This document shows, piece after piece, positions 41,587 to 49,327 of a stretch of 64,000 nucleotides of DNA. The position numbers and the translations under genes were made by a program. Numbering within the stretch: position 1 is the stretch's first letter; each line of letters opens with the position of its first letter. The stretch is from contig CAVYLN010000002.1 in NCBI GenBank assembly GCA_963769435.1, positions 1,201,109 to 1,265,108 of the forward strand, in the 5' to 3' direction. The notes under the pieces are model-generated. The model saw only the letters and a program-made list of their open reading frames with translations, made no database searches and was not told the origin of the DNA. The stretch is from an uncultured Actinomycetota bacterium. Lineage in GTDB: Bacteria; Actinomycetota; Actinomycetes; S36-B12; UBA10799.

Positions 41587-42657
41587 CTACTCGGTCTCGT
41601 CGCCCTCCCGCTCGAGCGTCTGCACAGCGGAGCGCCCGCCGGTCGCCTCCTCGGGTCCCGGTTTGTCGTCGTTGCGGACCCAGACCGTCCGTTGCGGGAA
41701 CGGGATCTCGATGCCGGCTTCGTCGAACGCCTCCTTGATGCGTTCCCGCAGAACGCGCGAGGCCGCCCACTGCTCGCCGGGCTTGGTCTTGACGACCATC
41801 CGGATCGCGACCGAGTCCCCACCGAGATCCTCGACCCCCCAGACCTCGGGAACCTCCAGCACCTTGTCACCGTGCTCGGGATCGACGTCGAGGGCTTCCC
41901 CCACCTCACGCATGATCTCCTTGGCCTTCTTCAGATCGGCGCCGTAGGCCACGCCCACATCCAGAACCGTGCGCGACCAGTCCTGGCTCATGTTCCCCAC
42001 GCGCATGATCTCGCCGTTGCGGACGAACCAGAGGATTCCGTCGACCGAACGGATCTTGGTGACCCGCAGTTGCACTTCCTCGACCGTCCCCGTCGCGTCC
42101 CCCACATCCACCACGTCCCCCACCCCGTACTGGTCCTCCATGAGGATGAAGATGCCCGAGAGGAAGTCGGCGACCAACGACTGCGCGCCAAAACCGACCG
42201 CAACGCCGAGGATGCCCGCGCCTGCGATCAGCGGAGCGAGGTTGAAGCCGAACTCGGCCAGCACGAGCAGGCCGGCGACGAGGTAGACGCTGATCGTGAT
42301 GATGTTGCGGAACAGCGAACCCAGGGTCTGGGCCCGCTGTGCGCCGCGCTCGGCATCGATGATCACTTCGGCCGGAGTGCTCCCAGTGGCCTCGGCGTCC
42401 GCGAGTTGCTTGGTGACCCGTCGCTGCACGAGCTTGTCCAGAGCTCGTATGAGCAGGTATCGGATGATGAACGCCGCCGCGAGGACGAACGCCACCCGGA
42501 TGGCCATCGGCAGGATCTCGCTGATCCAGAAGTTCGTGTCCGTGAAGTTGTCGAGGACGTTCGACGCGGCCTGGTTGAGTTCGTCGGAGGTGATCCGCGA
42601 TGGACTCGGGGACGGGGCTGGTGTTTCGGCGGCGGTGAGGAGTTGCGGGAATCGCAC
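41587..42657 (-). CDS. Mechanosensitive ion channel family protein (MscS-like)
   Basis: TM helices followed by the MscS beta-domain block FILMEDQYGVGDVVDVGDATGTVEEVQLRVTKIRSVDG. Confidence 0.85.
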   Translation of the reverse strand: MRFPQLLTAAETPAPSPSPSRITSDELNQAASNVLDNFTDTNFWISEILPMAIRVAFVLAAAFIIRYLLIRALDKLVQRRVTKQLADAEATGSTPAEVIIDAERGAQRAQTLGSLFRNIITISVYLVAGLLVLAEFGFNLAPLIAGAGILGVAVGFGAQSLVADFLSGIFILMEDQYGVGDVVDVGDATGTVEEVQLRVTKIRSVDGILWFVRNGEIMRVGNMSQDWSRTVLDVGVAYGADLKKAKEIMREVGEALDVDPEHGDKVLEVPEVWGVEDLGGDSVAIRMVVKTKPGEQWAASRVLRERIKEAFDEAGIEIPFPQRTVWVRNDDKPGPEEATGGRSAVQTLEREGDETE

Positions 42658-42777
42658 GGGAGTCCATTTCGTTCGGCGTGCGGCGGCCCATGGCCAGCCG
42701 CGGGCCGCCCGGTACCCGCCCGAGTCTAGGAGGTCACCCGCACCGGCCGGGGCGACATATCCCCGGCCGGGTGGCGA

Positions 42778-43511
42778 TCAGTCGTCGTACTGGTCGTCGG
42801 TCGTGCAGTCCTCCGAGCCGTTGGACCTCTCGGCATCGGCGGTGAGCAGGCCGCCTCGCTTGGTCTTCGCCTTCACGCGGAAGGTGGCCTTCCGACCCTT
42901 GGTCCTGGTCGCGCCCTTACGGACGATCTTGTTGCCGCGCTTGATGCTGTAGCGCCACTTCTGGCCCTTCTTGCTGCCCGTGACCGACAGTGTCGCCATC
43001 CGCTTCTTCCCGGACTGCTTGACGGCCAACGCGATGCTGGAATCCGCGGTGCACTTGCCCTCGTCGATGTCCTCGCCGTCGTCATCACGATCGTCGCTGT
43101 CGTCGTCACGGTCGTCGCTGTCGTCGTCGACCCCGATGCCGACGGTCGAGTCGCAGGTCTGATCAGCGGTGGTGGCCAGCCCGGTGAATGACATCGGTGA
43201 CCGATCCGCTCGTGTAGGCCTTGACCTCGAACTCGCCCTCACGGTCCGTGGTCGCCGAACCCGACGCGAGTTCCCCGCCGGGCCCGGACAAGGCTGTAGT
43301 CCCACGTCTGCCCGGGCACATGCGAGTCGACCGAGAACTCGACCTTGACACCGCCGTCGTCCTGTTCGGCCTTCAACTCCCATCGGGCTGTTCCCGAGCA
43401 CACGCCCTGGGTCTTGGCCTCATCCTCCGAGTGGTCGGAGGCCACAGCGGGCCACGCGACCGGCATCGCAAGTGCCACACCGGCGGCGCCTGCCACCAAT
43501 AACTTCATCAT
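42778..43511 (-). pseudogene. Secreted two-module protein (acidic module, poly-Asp linker, basic module) with two frameshifts, near 43290 and near 43195 (or assembly indels)
   Basis: Signal peptide MMKLLVAGAAGVALAMPVAWPAVA. The protein is readable across three ORF-track frames: 43239..43511, 43163..43351 and 42778..43401. Confidence 0.65.
43086..43127. repeat. 21-bp tandem duplication (2 copies, 1 mismatch) encoding the poly-Asp linker
   Basis: CACGATCGTCGCTGTCGTCGT at 43086..43106. CACGGTCGTCGCTGTCGTCGT at 43107..43127. Encodes DDSDDRD twice on the minus strand. Confidence 0.85.
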
Positions 43512-43824
43512 GCTGCGAATCCTCCTCGCCCGAGACGTGGACGGGGCGTTCCCGCCGGATCGCTGCCTCGACCACGTCGCACGTTACGCAGGTCGATGGT
43601 TAAGTCGCACCTAAAGCGACGTCAAGGATCACGGCGCGCTACTCCATCCGGGGTGCCTCGATGACCGGCAGGATCTCGCGGTGGGCCCGGGGCCGGGACG
43701 CGAGTCGGCCACCCTGGTCGACGGCCCACGCCACCGGCCGGTCACTGTCCCATAAGTCCGAACACCCCTCATCGGACACCGCGTTCGCGTAGCGTTGCGC
43801 ACTTGACAGGGAGGCGATTCCTCG

Positions 43825-46800
43825 ATGGCGACCGCGAAGTGGGTGGCAACCGCTACATCGACCGCACTGCTCTGGGCGCCGATGGGTGTGGCTGCGGCGA
43901 GTCAACCGGATCGCGTACCAGTTGAACAGCCCGCGACGGCACCGGACTCTGACACCGCGGACGCACCCGCGTCAGAGGGAGGGACTTCGCGCAGTCTGTC
44001 TCCAGAACTGCCCGACGATCTGCTGTCGGCCAACGGGATCGTACCCCCGACCCCGGATCAGGGCGCTCAACTGACGGAGCGGCAACGCACCGCGTTGTCG
44101 AGACAGGCGTGGCTCTCCCAGGGGCCGGCTCTGACTCCCGCCGTGCATTCGGTGTTGCCCGCCCGGGCCGGGGGCACCGGCGTTGTCCGGATCTCCACTG
44201 CCCGACGGTCGTCACCCGGGGTGAATGTGCGGAAGGTGAGCGTTCGGATCGCGAAGCCCCGGGGCGTGCGGGCCCTGCGCGCCAAGGGCAAGGGCTGGCG
44301 GTGCCGTCCCGGGAAGAAGATCACCACGTGCCGGAACCCGCGTACGTTCGGACCCCGGTCGGTCCCGGCATCGATCAAGGTCGTCCTCTCGGTGAAGAAG
44401 GGCTTCCGAGGCAAGACGGGACCGGTTCGGGCGCGGGTTGGCTGGTCCGAGCAGAAGATCGTTGTCGGAGCGGGAGGAAGCACCGGCCCGATCGGCACCT
44501 TCCGCGCGGACGGCTGGCAGCGACAGACGCTGCAGGAATCGACCCGGGTGCCCGTGGACCCGCGGCTTCGGCTCAGCCTGACCGCGGCAGCGGTCAAGAG
44601 TAAGGCCGTGGCCGGTCGCGAGATTCCGATCGTCACTCATGCCGGCAGACGTGCGCGCGAATTCGTCCTCACCGCATCGGTGCGCAGAACCCTGGGCAGG
44701 AAGACCGCCGTGCGATGGTCCAAGGTCCGGGGGCCGAAGGTCTCCTTCCGGGGACCCAGGTTCCAGAAGGGCGTCGAACAGGCGGCCAGCCAGGTGGTCC
44801 TCGTGGGCAACAGACTGCGCAAGCCCACTCGTTTCACCTTCCGGGTCAGGGCCAGCAGCGGGGGTTCGACAGTCAGCAAACGCATCACGGTTCTCGTGCG
44901 CCCCAAGCGTTTGGGACGTTTCCGTTCGGACGAACGCGATCTGCGGCGACTGGCGAAACGTCAGAAGCGGTCGCTGACCAAGGGGCAGAAGGGCGCTCGG
45001 GTCAAACGGGCGCGCGTTCACACCGTGCGCGTCTCCGAGAGAGGGCCGAGACGGGTCACCCCCGGCGAACGATCCACGATCGCCCTGAAGACGAAGCGCA
45101 AGATCCGCTCGATCGAATGGTCCGTGCTGGAAGGCTCGGTCGATCCGGCATCGTTCACCACGTCGGGCGCCAAACTCACGTTCACCGCGCCCGACCGAGC
45201 CGGCGAGACCGCTCTCATCCAGGCTGTGGCGACCATGGGCAACGGAGATCTGGTGCACCGGGCCAAATTGATCGTGGTCAGGCCGGCGGCGGTCGGCGGC
45301 GGTCGGCAGGTCGGGGCAGAGCCCCCGGCGGACGCGGACGTCCAGGCCTTCTGCACCGTGGCCACTGCAGCCAACACGGGCCCGGCGCGGATCTCCCTGG
45401 CTGACGGCTCCGTGATCTCGCTACCCCGGACGGCGTTGAGCGGGGCCAAGACCTGCAACCAATCGGGCGCGCGCCTGGCATTCACGCAGGCCACCTTCAC
45501 CTACGCCGGCTCGACTTTCCGGAACCTGGCCGGGACCGTCACCGCCACCGGGATCGTGATCGACTCGGCTGCGTACGTGTTGCCACCGGCGCTGCAGAAG
45601 TGGGCGAGCAAGGCCTACTCGGAGGCGCCCACCGCGCTGCCGGTCCAACCGGTCGGGGGCAACGTCTCCGCCGGACTGCAGGACGGCACGTGGCAGGCCA
45701 TGACCGGCCAGTTCGCAGTACTTCCCTTCGCGACCGCTCAGGGCAGCCAGCAGGCCATGCAGAATGCTCTGGCCTTCCTACCCCTGCCCGGGGGATGGAG
45801 TTTCCCGGCGAACTCGTCGCGGCTGTCGCTCAACCCGCAGTCCGCCGACGGCGGGCAGGCGTCGTTGATCTTCCAACAGGTCGCCCAAGGCCCCTCCGGC
45901 ACGGCGGGGTCGGTGTCCTTCGACCTGAAGCTGTCCAACGGCACGGTGTCGACTGTGGACGTGACGGCCGCGAACATCGGTGTCTTCGGCACCACCGGCA
46001 CCGATCAGGTCAGTGCGTCGGGCAACGGCAGTTTCACGATCGGCCCGGACGGTTCGGTCAACGTCGACCAGCTTTCATTCGGGATATCGTGCGGAGCGGC
46101 CGATGGCTGCGTTCTGGTGCAGGGCCTGCTGTTCCAATCCGGGACTCTGAGTTGGAGCACGCAGGGGATGGGAATCGCATTCCAGGGCGTGGTTCGCGCC
46201 AAGGGCGAAGACTATGGACTGTCGGGCAACGGTACGTACACCTCGGCGATGCAGTGGTCGGTCGGCCTGGCGAGCACCTCGGACTGGAAACTCGGCGACA
46301 CCGGGGTGACGCTGTCGGGGCTCAAGGGTCAACTGGCCTGGGTCCCGGTCAACCCGTCCGCTCAACAGCCATCACCGCGACTTTCCCGCCGATCCTTCGG
46401 TAGCCCCCCCGCGGTACCGCCATCCTCCCGCGTCAACTTCACCGTCGCCGGGGCCGCCACCATCGACCAGGCCAGCAACGCCGCAGTCGCACTATCCAAC
46501 GTCAGCGCCCAGGTCACCAACGAATGCAATGCCGCCAGCGTGCAGGCCAAGACCTGCGATCGCGGCCAGGTGCGGGTCGATCTGACTGCGGACGCCAAGG
46601 TCACCCTCCCCGGCAACACCCCGCGGACCCTCGGGCTCACCGCCACGATCAACCTCTCGACGTTGGATTTCACCTTCTCGGGCAACCTGACCGGAGTGAG
46701 TTTCGGACCCGCCGCGTTCAAGATCCAGTCCGTGGCACTTACCCTGTCCAACACCGGGCAGGGCGCTTGCGTGCCGAAGGGCCAGAAACCTCCGGAATCC

Positions 46801-49107
46801 GGCTTGGTCGTCGGACTCAATGCCAGCGGTCGCATGCTCAACCAGCCCGCCACGATGAGCGGCATGGTCGGTCCGGAGGGCTACTGCCTGTGGGGAGACC
46901 TGAAGCAGGTATCGGTGGGCGGAGCGACGATCAGCGGGGTCACGTTCGGCTACGCGACCTTCAACGCCACCGTCACGACCGGCACCACTGGGCCGGCGGC
47001 CAAGGGATTCGCGGTCCCGGCGAACTCGGTGTCGCTGGTGGCCGGGTTCACCTTGCCGAAGGCCGTGCAGAAGGTCCTTCCGGCCGGCGGACAGGGCGAG
47101 TTCACGGCCCGACTCGCCGCGGGGGCGCAGACCTTCACCGGCTCAGTGGGATTCGACTGGAAACAGCCTGTATGGCTGTTCCCCGGAGGCACCTCGAACA
47201 CCAACCTCGGCCTGCAGTCGGCCGGCATGACCGTGAATGCGGACCTTGACTCCGGTTCGCTGGCGATGAGCATGGAGGCTGCTGCGGAGCTTTTCGTGCC
47301 CGCGAACGCGAAGAAGGGTCTGGCCGCATCGAACACCCCGATGTTCGTCAAGATCGGCATCTCGGTCAATGCCGCCGGCGCGAACCTCACGTTCAGCGCC
47401 GGGGTGAATCCGAATACGGGAAAGCCGAACAGCCAGCCGATCACCAACGCATTCGGGCAGCCAGGCTTGACGGTCAAGGCCCTCGCGGTCAGCGGCAGCC
47501 TCGGGACCTCGAACACCCTCGACTTCTACGCCGACGTGGAACTGCCCCCGGCATGGGAGAAGGAAATCGCGATCACCCAACCGAACGCAGACATCATCTT
47601 CGGCTTGAGCATCAACGTCGAGGATCCCGTGCAGAGTTGCCTGATCTTCGAGGTGGGATCCTCCTCATCATGGGCCGACGTCCGCACGGGGTATCAGAAC
47701 TCGCCGATGGTGGTGGATCTGGCCGACAAGGGGATCGTGCAGGCCAGATTCTTCAAATTGGCGATCGCCCCCACCGGCTGCACGCTCCCATCGGGCCAGA
47801 ACTCGACATACACCGTACCCGCGGGGTACGCGTTCGCCTTCGACGGTGAAGTCCTCGGCGCAACGGTATTGGTTCAGGTCGAAGTCGAACTACCGACCGC
47901 GGCCAACGGCGGGGCACTGAGAGTGTCCGGGGCCTTGGAGATGCAGGACGTCAAACTCGCTGGGGCGGAATTGACCGGCTCCAAGGCGATCAACAAACCG
48001 GGATGCGTCAATGCCAGCGGCCCCCGGCTGAATGTGAACATAGACACCGGCAAGGGCGTCTACGCCTTCGACGTGTCCGGGCGCATCCAAGTCGGCAAGG
48101 TGCCCATCGCCGGTGCGTACATCGACATCTGCGGTTCGGTCGCGGCGCAGAACACCAGTGTGAGTGCCACCCTGTATGGCCAGGGCGAGATGAAACTGAT
48201 CGGACTGGGCACACAGGCGGATGTCACTGTGAGTTTCGCGATGTCGGGCGGCACGGTGAAGAGCTCCAACGTCGCCATGGCCTTCACCACCGACATCCTG
48301 GTCATCAAGTTCCGGGGCTCGGCGAACCTGGTCTACGCGAACGGTGAGATGCGAGAGTTCCGGGCCGCGGTCGGGGACAGCTTCAAGTTCCTCGTCGGGA
48401 AGTTCTCAGGCAATGTGGCCGTGGGCTACTGCGCCGGTCGCTGGTCCTCGAGTGTCAGCAGCCCATCGTGCAGTGCGGGCTCAGGGGTGAACATGCGCGT
48501 CGATCTGTGGGGGAAGATCAAGTTCTTGTTCTGGTCGAAGAAGTTCGACAAGTCCATCTACAACCACTACTCGGCCGGGTCGTCCTCAGTCAGTCTCTCC
48601 GAGTCCTCCTCCACCCTCCAGACACAGTTGAGCCAGAATGCTCTGGCGCCCGGGCTCACCCTGGACGAGTTGACATCGAGCTACGACTCACAGGGCACCT
48701 ACAGCGGCGGCGCGACCCCGGTTCCATACCTGCTCAAGGTCAACAAGCCCACCGGGCGGCAACCCTGTCAATCAGTCGGTGTCGCTGTGGACTGGACCCA
48801 GGAGTCCACCAGCCCGGCGGCCATGACCGTGCTGCCACCGAGCCCGAGCGGCTGCACCATCTCCGCGTACGTGTCCTGGGCGGGCAGCGGGCAGTCCGAC
48901 TGGCAGCCTCCTGTCCCGGTCACGCTCGCATGCGACGACAGCGGATGCTGGCGGCTCGGTGCACCGGCCGGACGCTTCGTCGATGATCTGTCGAAGCCGG
49001 AATTCGGGGAACTCCCTGCCAGTACCTACACGGACGGCGTCATCCCCGGACCGCAGATGGCGATGACCAAAATCCTCGCCGCCTTCGGACGGACCAGCGA
49101 CACCTGA
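43825..49107 (+). CDS. Giant secreted protein (1760 aa), no recognisable family
   Basis: Uninterrupted ORF with GGGAGG 10 nt upstream of the ATG and signal peptide MATAKWVATATSTALLWAPMGVAAAS. The N-terminal ~450 aa are Arg/Lys-rich; the remainder is Gly/Ser/Thr/Ala/Val-rich and looks beta-type. Confidence 0.8.
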   Translation: MATAKWVATATSTALLWAPMGVAAASQPDRVPVEQPATAPDSDTADAPASEGGTSRSLSPELPDDLLSANGIVPPTPDQGAQLTERQRTALSRQAWLSQGPALTPAVHSVLPARAGGTGVVRISTARRSSPGVNVRKVSVRIAKPRGVRALRAKGKGWRCRPGKKITTCRNPRTFGPRSVPASIKVVLSVKKGFRGKTGPVRARVGWSEQKIVVGAGGSTGPIGTFRADGWQRQTLQESTRVPVDPRLRLSLTAAAVKSKAVAGREIPIVTHAGRRAREFVLTASVRRTLGRKTAVRWSKVRGPKVSFRGPRFQKGVEQAASQVVLVGNRLRKPTRFTFRVRASSGGSTVSKRITVLVRPKRLGRFRSDERDLRRLAKRQKRSLTKGQKGARVKRARVHTVRVSERGPRRVTPGERSTIALKTKRKIRSIEWSVLEGSVDPASFTTSGAKLTFTAPDRAGETALIQAVATMGNGDLVHRAKLIVVRPAAVGGGRQVGAEPPADADVQAFCTVATAANTGPARISLADGSVISLPRTALSGAKTCNQSGARLAFTQATFTYAGSTFRNLAGTVTATGIVIDSAAYVLPPALQKWASKAYSEAPTALPVQPVGGNVSAGLQDGTWQAMTGQFAVLPFATAQGSQQAMQNALAFLPLPGGWSFPANSSRLSLNPQSADGGQASLIFQQVAQGPSGTAGSVSFDLKLSNGTVSTVDVTAANIGVFGTTGTDQVSASGNGSFTIGPDGSVNVDQLSFGISCGAADGCVLVQGLLFQSGTLSWSTQGMGIAFQGVVRAKGEDYGLSGNGTYTSAMQWSVGLASTSDWKLGDTGVTLSGLKGQLAWVPVNPSAQQPSPRLSRRSFGSPPAVPPSSRVNFTVAGAATIDQASNAAVALSNVSAQVTNECNAASVQAKTCDRGQVRVDLTADAKVTLPGNTPRTLGLTATINLSTLDFTFSGNLTGVSFGPAAFKIQSVALTLSNTGQGACVPKGQKPPESGLVVGLNASGRMLNQPATMSGMVGPEGYCLWGDLKQVSVGGATISGVTFGYATFNATVTTGTTGPAAKGFAVPANSVSLVAGFTLPKAVQKVLPAGGQGEFTARLAAGAQTFTGSVGFDWKQPVWLFPGGTSNTNLGLQSAGMTVNADLDSGSLAMSMEAAAELFVPANAKKGLAASNTPMFVKIGISVNAAGANLTFSAGVNPNTGKPNSQPITNAFGQPGLTVKALAVSGSLGTSNTLDFYADVELPPAWEKEIAITQPNADIIFGLSINVEDPVQSCLIFEVGSSSSWADVRTGYQNSPMVVDLADKGIVQARFFKLAIAPTGCTLPSGQNSTYTVPAGYAFAFDGEVLGATVLVQVEVELPTAANGGALRVSGALEMQDVKLAGAELTGSKAINKPGCVNASGPRLNVNIDTGKGVYAFDVSGRIQVGKVPIAGAYIDICGSVAAQNTSVSATLYGQGEMKLIGLGTQADVTVSFAMSGGTVKSSNVAMAFTTDILVIKFRGSANLVYANGEMREFRAAVGDSFKFLVGKFSGNVAVGYCAGRWSSSVSSPSCSAGSGVNMRVDLWGKIKFLFWSKKFDKSIYNHYSAGSSSVSLSESSSTLQTQLSQNALAPGLTLDELTSSYDSQGTYSGGATPVPYLLKVNKPTGRQPCQSVGVAVDWTQESTSPAAMTVLPPSPSGCTISAYVSWAGSGQSDWQPPVPVTLACDDSGCWRLGAPAGRFVDDLSKPEFGELPASTYTDGVIPGPQMAMTKILAAFGRTSDT

Positions 49108-49327
49108 GCGAGTTGGCCTAGTCCCGCGGGAACGGATACGCGGGCGTCCATGACCGCAAGCCGGTCACCGGGGCATGGGCCGAACCTCGCCCCGACGCGA
49201 CAACCTTTGATCCTTCGTGTGTTCTCCCACGAGCCCCGGCACGCCTGGGGCGTCACCCAGGGACGCATCCATCGTGTCCGAAGGAGCCGTGCGCCGTGGC
49301 GAAGCACGGCCCTTCGACGTTGACCGG

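Noticed and set aside
43639-43905. 88-aa minus-strand ORF in the promoter region of the giant gene
   Set aside because: It overlaps the giant gene's start and signal peptide. It is His/Arg/Cys-rich with poor codon bias and has no RBS.
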